From Perkinsus chesapeaki ATCC PRA-425 (Eukaryota; Protista; Perkinsozoa): a stretch of DNA of 64,000 nt. Where the stretch lies: contig JAAPAO010000005.1 in NCBI GenBank assembly GCA_013115145.1, positions 1 to 64,000 on the forward strand. Direction: 5' to 3'. A program made the position numbers and the translations under genes. Under the pieces are notes generated by a model. The model saw nothing but the letters and a program-made list of their open reading frames with translations, was not told the origin of the DNA and did no database searches. Below, piece after piece: positions 39,004 to 53,811 of the stretch. How positions within the stretch are numbered: the first letter of the stretch is position 1; each line of letters starts with the position of its first letter.

Positions 39004-39408
39004 CTACAGCAACACTTTGTGCGAACAATGGTCTAGACGATAGTTACCAAGATTCACGACATAGAGGGCGTTACCCTTGTACTCAAGATGGACAAGCATG
39101 TCTGCAGTTAGAGGTGCACCAATCATATTTATCAAGGCCTGCACCTTATCCAAAGAGATGACGGTAACCGCTCCTGTAGGAGCGTCGTATTCAAACTTTA
39201 CGTCAGTCACGCTGCCTCTCTTCTCCTGGCCGCCTCTAGGGATCCAAGAGGCGTCGATGTCCGCGGTGTAAGGAGAAGCCACTGCTATCCTGATGGTTGC
39301 TTTCCCAAGGGCGGTATCAATGGATCCACAGTAGCTCCCTGTAGGTCCATCACCTACAGAGCAGTAGACTAACACTAGTAGAATGCCGCCGCTGATTAGA
39401 CTGCGCAT
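39004..39408 (-). CDS. Small secreted two-Cys protein, family copy 5 (134 aa)
   Basis: Intact ORF MRSLISGGILLVLVYCSVGDGPTGSYCG...LYVVNLGNYRLDHCSHKVLL. Confidence 0.9.
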   Translation of the reverse strand: MRSLISGGILLVLVYCSVGDGPTGSYCGSIDTALGKATIRIAVASPYTADIDASWIPRGGQEKRGSVTDVKFEYDAPTGAVTVISLDKVQALINMIGAPLTADMLVHLEYKGNALYVVNLGNYRLDHCSHKVLL

Positions 39409-40599
39409 TATAAAATGAGCTCAGCTGGACCAAAGATGGAACGGTGAAGTTGTGGAAATCCGCAAACGTGCCGGGGATTTGCAACCGTAGATCTGAGCCC
39501 AACTCCCATGGAGCGAGCAGAAAGCCCTTACGTCTGCGTGCCGCTAAGTGGCTGCAACTAGGCATTGCTGACCTAGCACGGTGCAAACAGTACCGTTCAC
39601 ACCTTTTTCAAGAGGGCCTCTTACACTCATAATTTGGCTCGAATAGATGCACCCTAATCGAGCTAGCCTATGCTAACTAATACACTTAAGTAACTCATCA
39701 CTCTACTAGCTGAGGGAGGCGGGGACAGACCTAGCCCTATCAGGGGAATTGACCTAGAGCTGACTGACGCTGACAATCCTGAGCCGGAGCTTCGTTCAGT
39801 GGTTTAAGCTCGAAGTAGGCTTCGCTCCCTTCGCTCCGTCTCAACTTTCCAATATCGTCTCGTTCTGCTAGAGTCCTACTGCGAACTTCTTCCAAGTTGA
39901 AGTATGTCCGCCGGCTCCATGTCGTGTCTCCATTCGTCTCACAGGAGCACATGCACGAAGTTAACAGAGATACGTTTCACTGGTTCCGAAGGCCTGCTTG
40001 CTTTCAAGCCCCCAGCTGCTTATCCCTTGCACAACTTCAGAACTACTGTAATGCAGCTTAAGTCTTAACCATGGAAGTGACAGAGGTGTGACACGAAGTG
40101 TGATGGAGCGTCACGTATGTGGATGTGATGTAGTCCGATATACAGGCTGTATAACACAGTTATATATTGATACTCGTGGATCTGAACAGTTACTTCCAAG
40201 GCTTAGGTTTATACATGATATGACAGCAACTACGAAAAGAGCTTCTACGGTAGAAACTCTACGAACTACATTTACTGGCAAAACACTCCGAACTCGCGTG
40301 ACAGATAACAAGTTAGACTATTGACTATGCTTAGCATTGACTAGACGTGAAAATTCCTCAGTGAAGAAGTTTACTGAGGTTCAGTTTGGCCGAGCTTCCG
40401 CTCTATGAACGCGAAATAGAGGGGACTCCGTTTGATGCGGGACGGGAACTAGGTGGACAGCGGTGCAGTCGAGAACCATGGTTCGCAGTAAACCTTTACT
40501 CAACGCCTCAGGGTCATAAAGAGCCAGCGGTAAAATAGTTGAGTCACGCAGCTCACGTGATCCGCGAAAATAGCAGAAACGATAGTAGTTAGTAAGCCA

Positions 40600-40985
40600 G
40601 GCCCGAAATGATAGTTACCAGGAGATACCGGGTCCACTATCCTTGGACGGAACGTGGGCTAGCATGTCGTCAGTGAGGTGGGCAACAACCGGGTTTATCG
40701 AGGCCTGCAGCTTATTCAGAGACAACATGATAACCTCTATAAATAACTGCTTCTGTAGGAGGGTCCATATTCTTTTCCGCTCTCACTGCCGCTGCTCTCC
40801 GGTCAGCCTGACCGGGTCAGGAGTCCTGACAAGCTTTATGTGTTCATGGGCAGGGAAAGTTCTGCTTACCTTAATAGTCGCCTTCCCGTTTGCAGGTACT
40901 AGGTGTCTCACAGCAGCTCCCTCTTGGACCATGGCTAATAGCCATTGGCTATCGCGGTATGAACGCCTATCAATACCATAACGCA
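40600..40985 (-). pseudogene. Small secreted protein family copy 6, multiply frameshifted
   Basis: Fragments in different frames match the family: AISHGPRGSCC, NGKATIKV, SGSESG, SLNKLQASIN...LTDDMLAH, PGNYHF. Confidence 0.75.
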
Positions 40986-41269
40986 ACATAGTGTCCGCTA
41001 TTTATAGTTCGCCATGTGAATCACATAGCTCATTGCGAAGTGACCCCTTAAAAGATCAAACTAGAAAACTAGATTAACTTGTCCAACTTGTTTTAATAGC
41101 TCACCGTTGCCGAGAAGACATCACAATAGTACGCAGAAGGAGCTAGTGAGCGGGCTAAGAGACGACCTACAACAGCGCATCCACTGCTTCGCAGTCACTG
41201 CGAAGCACGTTGTGTAGGCTCACATAAGTTATTCTTCCAGCTAGAAGCGGTCTCTCCTCTTTACTATTA

Positions 41270-42450
41270 TGCTGTCAGTTTATTAGCAGGAAGCAAGAGC
41301 CTATGGTTGTGCGCGTGATTTGATACGTTGGTCGTGCACGGTATGACCATCCCGCCGCGTGGGTACTTACTCGCCCGACGCGCGGGGCTTCGTATTGTCC
41401 AATCACGGTGGAAGAGGCGGTAATTCCTCTCTGAGAGGACCTTTCTAGCTGCGGGCTGCACTCTGCAGCCTGCTCTTCTCTTTTCAGTTGGGTCCCTATG
41501 GGCCCCATCGAAGGTCCCATATCTCTCATCTCACCCCTCGTGAGTTCACATGTCCAACTGTGCATCACTTTGTCTTCGGACACTCATGACTACCTCTGTA
41601 CTTCGGGCATACGGGCCAAACATTCCCCATGTGATTTCTAATACGTGTCTTGCGTCGCTCATAGTGAATATCAGGATATCGCTGGGCGAGGTCCTAGCGT
41701 GGAGCGATGATCGCTCCATATCAACAAATCATGTGTTCAACATATTTGCGGCAGTAACGACTTCTCATCGGATCAGCGCTCCGTGTCTTACACATCCGGC
41801 TTGGTATCTGTTGCACCTCTATGGCTATGCAGTTTCTCACGAATTTTCGCGGTGCTTGCTCGCTTAGATGCGGCAAATTGAATTAATCTATGCTGAATCT
41901 TCGTTGAAGTCCCAATGGAAGTCGATGAACTACTAGCCACATCGCTTCTGTGCTGCAGCACACACAACAGGACGAAACTTTCTGTCTCGTTTCTCGTGAG
42001 TCGAATCCCTCATTCCCGGGATTCAACTGACTCTGTGTGGTTTTTACTAAGGAAAAACTGTTTTTAAGGAATTACTGGCATACTCAAACTGTGGAACGTT
42101 AGTGTGATGTTTAGCATTTCGATGTCTCATCCATCCTTTCTGTCAACTTCATAAACTCCAAAAAAAGGAAGTATCATGTCGTGCGAAGGCGTTGCCAATA
42201 CCGTATTGGACTACGTTGCGTTATGAGGGGGTATATCTCAATGTTGAAAGCATGGCTCGCGCCTGGGTCTTTCGGGAGCATGCGCCGGAGAGCACTCAGG
42301 ACAAGGTTAAAGTGGTCTCTGTTAACAACTTCTTGATACGACGCCGCATTCACCGTGTCGAGCAGACGGCATACCTCCTGGCTCAAATCTGCGTATATAA
42401 TAACGATTTCCATGCCTTCGCCTTAGTGTGGAGCCCAAGCATCACGTAGC
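41270..42450 (-). CDS. Possible multi-exon hypothetical protein
   Basis: Exon-like open segments (EVCRLLDTVNAASYQEVVNRDHFNLVLSALRR; YPDIHYERRKTRIRNHMGNVWP; VLSERNYRLFHRDW); model not closed. Confidence 0.3.
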
Positions 42451-42812
42451 ATCATAATATATTAGAGTTTGATCATCAAGATATAATCAAACTTGATATA
42501 TGATGATTTATCATTGATGCACATGGATATAACGCCTATCGAGAAAAATGAGAGAAATTCATTCCGTTCGAAAGTTGCACATCCACGAGGCTGTTGCAAT
42601 AAGGGCCGCTTGAAAAGTTGCGATGCATCAGTGAGATCCCCTCATACAACGACGGCACTCATACTCTCACACCCGGCGGGCGAATAATCAAATGAAAACC
42701 TTAGAAGGAACCTCAGAACCCGCATGCCTCTCTGTTGAGGTAGTATGGAACTGTCTAGATATGAATTTGCGGCATAGATTTATAACCATAGGAAGAGAGC
42801 AAAGTGGTGGGC

Positions 42813-44557
42813 ATGAGCTCTTCTTGCGGAGGTGATGTGGGTCTCCTTGCTAAGGCGAATTCAAGGCTTGAAGACGGTCAGGCTGCGCTGCTGGAGCAAG
42901 TGAGTCAGTTCTGCGTTCCACGCGCCGGTTACTTGCAAGAAATGTTCATGCATGCCAGATTTCTATGCAGCAATCGTGGATCGACGCACTCAATGCTCAG
43001 ACGGCTAGTCAGGCTAAAGAGCTCAGCAAAATTGACGTGAGCATCATGCTACTTAGCGACCCCATTTTTATCTCGCTTGAGATGTCCAAAGACTAGGCTT
43101 TTGAAGTCTCGGAAGCTCCCGGGCCCGTGGGTATGCCCAGTTGCGGTCGATAAGCGCTGAGACTATCCCCAAAGTTTCGGTAGCAGAACACACACAACGA
43201 TCAGGCGACGAAGAGGCATTTCAAAGTCATCGAGCAAAGAGGAATGGAATCACTGAAAATGTGTCATAAACGGCATGAAGTAAAGCATAAAGAGCTAGAG
43301 ATGAAAGCAAGAGAAGCAGAAGCGCTCAGAGCCTCGCTTCAGGATTTACAAGTGTTGTGCCGTGCGCGTCGTGATAGGCAATTATCGTGTGTGTAGGATA
43401 AGTACAGGAAATTAGAAGAACTCCAACGGTGGGAGTCGCGAAACTACTATGCCGAAAGGACAAAAACGGCACTAGAAAGAGCTAACCGAGCAGAAAGGCT
43501 AGTCGAAGCCATGGTGCGTTATAGCGCCGTGTGTCATGCTACTTTGCTGTTCACAGGCGCAATCAATTAAGTCCCGAGACTCCAAAATTCGGAAGCAATC
43601 CTCAGAACTAAAGAGCTTGAGTGACGAACTACAAAAGTTCGAGTGCAAAGAGAAGGCCCGCTGTGCCAAAGTTGATGCAAAGGTGACGCCGAGTTACAGT
43701 TAATGCTGGAGGATTTATCCATCCCTATAGTACAGAGATGTTCTTCTACAGTACGAACCAAACCGTTATGCAAATTCGTTTTTTTAATATAACTCTTTTA
43801 ATTTTACGACTTAGAACATGAAACTTGGAAGATAGCATGATGGTAACAGTTAAAAATAAATTATATAATATTATGACCGTTTCTTCACCCAATTCGATTA
43901 GTTATACCAAAAAGACGAACTTGCATAACGGTTTGGTTCGCACTGTATGCTCTATGAACAACATGCTTCTCGAAATACTTTTGGAAATTTGTGCAACGTT
44001 GGGTGCAAACCCACCCTTGAGTTGACCCCTGATACCTGAGACGGGTCTGATCCTCAGCCGAAGCTCGAGGAGGCTGGTGATACGGGAAAGACGGCTTCGA
44101 ACTCGGTTCGCACGGAGCTGCTCCAGAAGACGGTCGATTCCCGCGATGCCAGCATCAAACTGCTCAACGAGCGGCTGAGCGAAATGTACGCCAAGGTAAT
44201 GAATGGCGTTTGGTGAATGCTCTCAGGATTAATCGTGAAAAAGTTATGAAGTTGGAGCAAGCAGAAATGAGACGGGAAAAGCGACGGTACTTGGAGGAGC
44301 TCGACAGCTGTAAAGCTGAGCTCACCAAAGCACTGTTGGAGGTTGAACGGCTGCGAAAGAAGCTTAGCGGAAAAAGTGGAGAACCGGAAGTCACCTTAGA
44401 TAAGTTGAAGTTGCTTATCGGTCAGCGTGGTCTTTAGGATCTGAATCGTTACACTGGCACCTTGCAGGCTCGAAGACTCCGCCGCCTGGCGAATTTGAAG
44501 GGAAAGCCTAGGGTGGCGTGGAACACTAATTGTCGGGTATCAGAAGTGGAGGAATGA
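42813..44557 (+). CDS. Multi-exon coiled-coil protein
   Basis: MSSSCGGDVGLLAKANSRLEDGQAALLEQ|QSWIDALNAQ...|DKYRKLEELQRWESRNYYAER...|AQSIKSRDSK...|PKLEEAG...|INREKVMKLEQAE...VEE*; canonical junctions. Confidence 0.7.
43749..43945. mobile_element. 197-bp MITE, Tc1/mariner (pogo-like) ends, inside an intron
   Basis: TIRs CAGTACGAACCAAACCGTTATGCAAATTCGT / ACGAACTTGCATAACGGTTTGGTTCGCACTG (2 mismatches in 31 bp, imperfectly extendable); TA on both sides (43747-48, 43946-47); AT-rich non-coding interior. Confidence 0.88.
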
Positions 44558-44699
44558 AAGCATATTGTGTGTGTTTCGTCAACACTTTCAGCATGATAGT
44601 TGCGTTATCTTGAAAACTATGTGTCATTTCAGCATTTGCCCTTGAGCTCTACCTCATGCAGAATGCCGAGCGTGGTCTCGTGACACCGCACAAAAACAG

Positions 44700-45240
44700 T
44701 TACACGATAAGAACGCGCTCAACGAGCAGCAACACTAGCGGCGTCAGCTTCAGCCCCGTTATAAGCACGAAGTATTTTTCCCCAGAAGATGCGCCATATA
44801 AAGTGAGCCGCAATGCCAGGAGGAGATTGCCAGCAACGCCACATCCTGCCTGCCGCGCCCGAGCTTCCTCAAGGGCTACTCCGGATTTTGTTCCGAATCC
44901 CGACGCTAGATTCAGGGCTCGAATTGCACGACTGTTGGGCTTTACCGAGAACACGATTGTGTCGCTTTGATGAGCTGACAACCGCTAGTAACACGATTCC
45001 CGCATCACTAATACAATATTTTGTCGTAAAGCTTGTCTACTGTTCCACTTGTTTTGCATGCCATACTAGTTCTGGGATGAGACTATTGTATAAGGCATGT
45101 TCCATCTCCATCCTAATTAACTGAGTGCGTGATGATGTTGTGAAGTCCTTATGGTAGAAGACCTGTGCACTCTCTTCAACTTGCAATTGTCATTCTTGGG
45201 TTCTAGTCCAACGGTGGTCCAAATGTAGGAGCCACACATC
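44700..45240 (-). CDS. Possible small multi-exon hypothetical protein
   Basis: Open segments MCGSYIWTTVGLEPKNDNCKLKRVH|LIRMEMEHALYNSLIPELVW|...IRALNLASGFGTKSGVALEEARAR...; no family recognised. Confidence 0.3.
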
Positions 45241-45592
45241 CTTCTCCTCCTACTATCTAACTTTGCGCATGCGTGCCCTGCACGCACGTCACGGAGTGCT
45301 GCAAGTATCAAAAATATTAGGACGGGCCTATAATAACAGTCTTGTGTATCATCTATACTATACGTCAGGCTGATACTTCTCGTTAGCAGCGTCTGGTCGG
45401 GAGGGGGTTGAAGGTAAGCATTGGGGAACCTGCTGCTCTGCTTTGGTAGGACATTTTTCCGGGGAAGAATTGCCTACCCTGGGCATCGAACCGGCGGTCA
45501 TTTCGCAGACAATTAACTCGCAATTAGCGCAACCGAGGCAGCGACTTCCATTGTCTCACCATGAATCACGTGATCCTACTCGACTAGTTTGT

Positions 45593-48994
<3,402 letters not shown>

Positions 48995-49013
48995 GAATCC
49001 GATGCACTGCGCA

Positions 49014-49082
49014 GCATTATCGAACTAATGAAGCAGCGGAGTCCAATCCTCGAGCACGCTCTACTGCTGATACGTCTGATGC
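49014..49082 (+). promoter_or_regulatory. SECIS element in the SelO 3' UTR
   Basis: AUGA at 49028-31 and UGAU at 49068-71 form the GA quartet. Helix II pairs GCAGCGGAG with CUCUACUGC (8/9 pairs); apical loop contains CCAA; helix I pairs GCAUUA with UGAUGC. Starts 20 nt after the stop. Confidence 0.88.
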
Positions 49083-49628
49083 CCACATGCTGCCACCTGT
49101 TTTTCATCACAGTGAATACCAATTTTTTATTCTCGTCTATCTTGCGCTTAAAGTTAGTATTGATGGGATCAACCAGACTGGCTCACCATTCATCAAAGAG
49201 GCGCAGAAATGTTTATGTGAATTGTAGATCCTGGAAAAGAGAAGGGAAACCGCCCTCGCTTGAACTTTCTTTGGCACTGTAGAAGTCGGCACCTCCGAGC
49301 TCGAGTGTGGCCTCAAGTAGTGTGACTTGCATAGATCCGGTCGAGTCTACGCGTATGAGGTTCTAGCGAATGCTCATGGGCCACAGAGTTGCGGAAGTGC
49401 AGTGGCTGTTGGCCCGACTAGCATCCGATCAGCAACGTAGTTGACAACGTGGTGCGCTAGAATTACGACACCCATTTGTTACTCGAAACTAAAGAGCTTT
49501 CCTTTACAGCCAAAAGGCCAATATAGTCAAATGATTATCACTGAAGCTATGTCCTAGTCGACATCCCCTTCCGAACGGCTGTGCACAAACCTAACGAACA
49601 CTGTGGTTGGATGCGATCGTTCTGTGTC

Positions 49629-50375
49629 TTACCTGTGCGGGAGTGATGTATAAGCCAGATTCCACTTGTCCAGCTCTGCTAGCGCCAACCTCAATCGACA
49701 TCGTAACTCTTGAACAATTCGTCCATGTTCTTGTAGCAGATAATCATTCGCGACAAGGAGCTCTCGGTTCGCTATACGGAGGTGGTTTAGCTCGCCGCGT
49801 TCATTTCTGAGACACTCCAGCTCAGCTTTTGCCATCATCGATACTTCAGAATCCTCCATTGCTGGTCGTCTTGCATTGCCAGATTGACCTCCACTAGGAT
49901 AAGTGTTTTCCATCTGCATTAAGGTAGCATATGGCCATTCATCCGGCGCCCAAATGACAGTGGACGCGTCGCTCGAGCAGAGCTGCGGGGACATGTCGCT
50001 AGTTCCCGAGCCTTCTGTCTTGTGCTTTGCGTGACGCTTTTTTCCCCACATGGCGACCGAGGATGACTTTCCAACTCCATCACGATAACCTTCTCGAACA
50101 ACCAACGGCGCAGGTGTTTGGTTTGTCTTCTTCTTTGGCTCGTCAAAAGCCTGCCAGTCTTTCCCATAGCTGGCGAACGCCGATCCAAGGAAATCTTGGT
50201 TGGCTTCGAGCATTTCCTCTGTGTTGTTGAAATGGTTATCCGGCGCTTCAGAGTGCTGTTGTGATGAGAGCCTTGAGAAGTGACATTGCTCCGGAAGGCT
50301 ACGCATACTTCCGCCTGTCTTTTCGCTCACTGGGCTCACACTACGGGTTGAAGAGCTACATATCAGGTTCGGCAT
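49629..50375 (-). CDS. Hypothetical protein, low-complexity N-part and C-terminal coiled coil; continues below 49629 after an intron
   Basis: Long ORF (...MAKAELECLRNERGELNHLRIANRELL...LAELDKWNLAYTSLPHR) ending at a GTAAG donor; start codon inferred. Confidence 0.6.
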   Translation of the reverse strand: MPNLICSSSTRSVSPVSEKTGGSMRSLPEQCHFSRLSSQQHSEAPDNHFNNTEEMLEANQDFLGSAFASYGKDWQAFDEPKKKTNQTPAPLVVREGYRDGVGKSSSVAMWGKKRHAKHKTEGSGTSDMSPQLCSSDASTVIWAPDEWPYATLMQMENTYPSGGQSGNARRPAMEDSEVSMMAKAELECLRNERGELNHLRIANRELLVANDYLLQEHGRIVQELRCRLRLALAELDKWNLAYTSLPHR

Positions 50376-50530
50376 TCTTGGGATGAGTGTAATGAGCTGT
50401 AATGGCACGTACACTGTTGTGGTTGGGGAAAACACAAGAAGGACATAACAGAGCTCACAACGAACACCACATGACAAGCAACAAGTGCTACACGACGCTG
50501 AATAGACTTGTAGTTTGTAAATTGGCCTAG

Positions 50531-52129
50531 TCAACTGGCCAAGTTGCGGCCACTTATGCGTTGAGGGTGAATGAGGCCTTTCAGTTCGCCGATGTCGATG
50601 CTGCCGGTGTTGTCACCGTCCAACCAGGCGAACACAGCTGCGATATCCTAAAGCACATCGCTTAGTGAGCACAGGTGAACATTCGCCATACCCTGTCGGT
50701 CGCGTCTCGTTTACTGAGTTTGAGATCTCGTCGCAGTGCCCTGTCAAACTCTTGAAATGATAATGTTCCATCTCCATCTGTATCATAACGCCCGAAAAGA
50801 TCCTTCACGGATAACTGACTTAAAATGTGACGAGGCGCTTCTGTTTAACAAGAATTACTCTGGCGGATCTCATCGCAGATACCATTCGACGCCGAACTCT
50901 GCTCATTGTTAGATGCAGTTGTTCAGGTATTTGGGACCGCGCCTGATGCGATAGGTCCCCACGTCCACGTGTGATGAGGCTAATGCGACCTTGTCTATGC
51001 GTGCTTCTATAGTTTGGTCTGCCGAGATGACCGGTTCCTTCTCTAAGAAGTCAATAAGTTCCTTCAGACTCACAGTTCCGCTATCATCGGTGTCGATATC
51101 CCTGATAGGCAGAGGTGGTCAGAAAACATCCTAAGTTGCAAAACTGACCTGACAAAGTCTCCAATTTGTCGGTCAGTGAGGACGGTTGCAGGAACGCGGA
51201 GATCGAGGCGAACAGCCTTGTTGATTTCTGCTTCAGTGAGCTCCCCCGAAAAGTCTGCATCATGCTTCATGAAGAGCTCACGCCATCTAGCCCCTTTGCC
51301 CAGCGACTCTGCCGCTGCTACCAATTTCCTTCGCATGAATTTCATAAGCTGACAGATGATCGATCATCACCCTCCGATGGTAACAGTACGGAGCTCACTT
51401 GCGATTCTTCTGGTGGCTCCCATGGCTCCCACACTGGAGCAGCCTTTTCGGGCACGTCGGGTCTGTACTCGTTGACACTTGGCTTGGTCGCAGACATCAC
51501 GCTTGTTGGCCTCGACTCTCCTTTGGGCAAATAGTTTATACCAGCTCTGAGAGCTTGTTGCATTCTCTCATCATACCGTTGTTTATTTTTTATAATAACC
51601 TAAGTATCGTTATTTCCGCGGCAACAACGCTCAGGCATGAACGTCTTTAATGGAGTGAAGCGGATGTGACACTTTTTGTAGCCGAACCAAGGCGGTTGCG
51701 GTGTTGTTACTTCAGCCATATCGATCCCGTACTTTTCGTTCCGCACACCCTTAGCCGCAAATAGATCACAGCCATTTGTAAACCGCTTATCGAAAACGTA
51801 CCTGGAAGAATGCGCACAAGCCGCATATTGTCTACGAGATTTCCAGTGAACCTTGTGTAAGGGGAGAGCCCTCGTGTCAAGTCCGGTGTAGACCTCGCTT
51901 TCTCCTTCATCAAACTTTGCCGTTTCGCTCTCATAGGGACTAACAAGCCCACCAGTGCTTCCTATGGGCCTATAGAACCATATTTACCGCGCGTGTTTGT
52001 ACGAATAATCCTCTGTGGGAATGACGCCTGGTACGGCTCGTCATCATCCGCACTGCTAAGTATCTCAGACGGTTCACGTTCGAGGCAAACGTCTGTGTGT
52101 CGAGGTAGCTTCGATCTCAACTGAAACAT
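50531..52129 (-). CDS. EF-hand calcium-binding protein (four EF-hands)
   Basis: EF loops KHDADFSGELTEAE, DIDTDDSGTVSLKE, RYDTDGDGTLSFQE, WLDGDNTGSIDIGE in spliced exons; stop at 50531-33. Exons above ~51600 are tentative. Confidence 0.82.
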
Positions 52130-52296
52130 GTCGGGCTCTACAACACATCCATCGTAGAGGAAGTTGAAGGATAAAGTGAAGCAGATTTAGAGTTCTATAA
52201 AACAGAACACAGATTTTTTAATTTTGTTTAGACATGTTCTATCACAGAATCTCTGTATGATAGAACTTCTATCATACAAAGGGAGCCTCCTTCTCT

Positions 52297-52899
52297 ACGC
52301 TTTCGACTAGGGAAGCATTATCCCTTCAATGCAATCGCCTTGCAGTAACTCTTACTATTGTTTCCAGTTCCTCAGTCCTTTTGTGGATGATATCAGTTAC
52401 GCCTTCACTGTCGCGTGGATCTCCTCGAACGCGCATGTCGTCAAGAGCTTTGTTGAGCGCCAAGTCCGATGCGTCCCGGTACGATTGCTATGTCAAGATG
52501 TTCGGTACAGCCACTGCCGCAATACTTTACACATAGGGAGCAAGTCTTATTGCTGACGTCTTCCAGCATATTCAAGTACACCTTTTTCCGCTCTCCCAGG
52601 AACCGTGTGGCATTCAGCAATTGTCCGAGGCGCCTAACGCATGATGAATTGAGGACCCAACACGATCCAGCCTACTTCTTCGATTCAGTTTGCATCCTTT
52701 CCCTTAGTGGTACGTATTTCATATTCCGCCGTGCAAGGTCGGCGAACCGCGAGACTAACGCGCTGCGTTCGTTGCGAATCTGATTCTCAAGCACTTGAGA
52801 ATCGTCATTAGCGAACCTTACGGGGCGGAGGATATGCTCTATTTCTCTTTCATGTGACCTTTGAAGCACCCTAAACGTCGCTCGTTCGTGCGATTTCAT
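52297..52899 (-). CDS. Helical hypothetical protein (multi-exon)
   Basis: MKSHERATFRVLQR...TESKK|RLGQLLNATRFLGERKKVYLNMLEDVSNK...|QSYRDASDLALNKALDDMRVRGD...; 3' end approximate. Confidence 0.55.
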
Positions 52900-53551
52900 G
52901 TCATTTAATAATGGAGATTTTGCAAAAGAGTGAGCTGTACAAAATGCCGAGTGGTGTTACACTTCGCTCCGCTAAACTCGTAACGCGCACGCCTCGTTTC
53001 CGCGAAATCAGATTATTGAGAACGGGGAGAATTGATCGGGCAGAACGGGGAGAATCTATAAGTATATGATATCGTGGGATGCCAACATCACCACTCTATC
53101 CGTACCTTTTCGAGATCATCCGTATCTCCATTTAACAGGGTCAAAATCAACGTAACAGTACATTGTCATACCGAGCTTCCCGCAACCCGACTTGGTCCAG
53201 AGATTAACACATCGATATGTTTGGTGCTGATTAGCCGGAAACACTGTGTACGATTCTATACAATATACCGTAGTTCGGCAGCCTTGGACAGGTCTCGGTT
53301 ATGGTCCTGTTATACAGGCAGATTTCATCTTAAAGCACGATAGAGATCAATGAAGCTAGCTGGTTTGCACAATCGAGACACTCCCCATAGCTCAGCGCCC
53401 TGGAGTCACGTTGAACATAAATGCCTGAAGTCCCCTATCTCCGAAATGAAGGGTATTTCCGTTCTAGTAGCAATTTGAATGCTCATGGTGATTTATAATT
53501 CCATGTACTTGTTCGGTATCCTAGTATTCGGTATTATATCTAGATCTATTC

Positions 53552-53582
53552 TGGGCCTTATAAGATGCAGTTATAAGGCCCA
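53552..53582. repeat. Perfect 12-bp inverted repeat in the divergent intergenic region upstream of ACS
   Basis: TGGGCCTTATAA-gatgcag-TTATAAGGCCCA. Confidence 0.7.
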
Positions 53583-53811
53583 AGCCACTAACGTAACGAG
53601 TTTCTCTTAATCTAGTTCGTGACCAGATAAACTTATAGTTCACTTATGGTGCCGATGTCGTAGTGGTTCATTGCTTGCAGCTTAGGGTGGTGGTCGGCTT
53701 CGAGGGTGATTGGTATATTTATATTCATTTATATATTATTTGTCTTCTACACTTGAGAAGTCCGACTTTAACATCAGTATTGTTACCTATCAGTTCCCTT
53801 ATTTGGACTAC

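Noticed and set aside
39740-40324. Short ORFs that might be a decayed secreted gene
   Set aside because: No match to the neighbouring family and no coherent reading frame.
52297-52899. Possible ATP synthase subunit b-like identity
   Set aside because: Only general helical character; no diagnostic motif.
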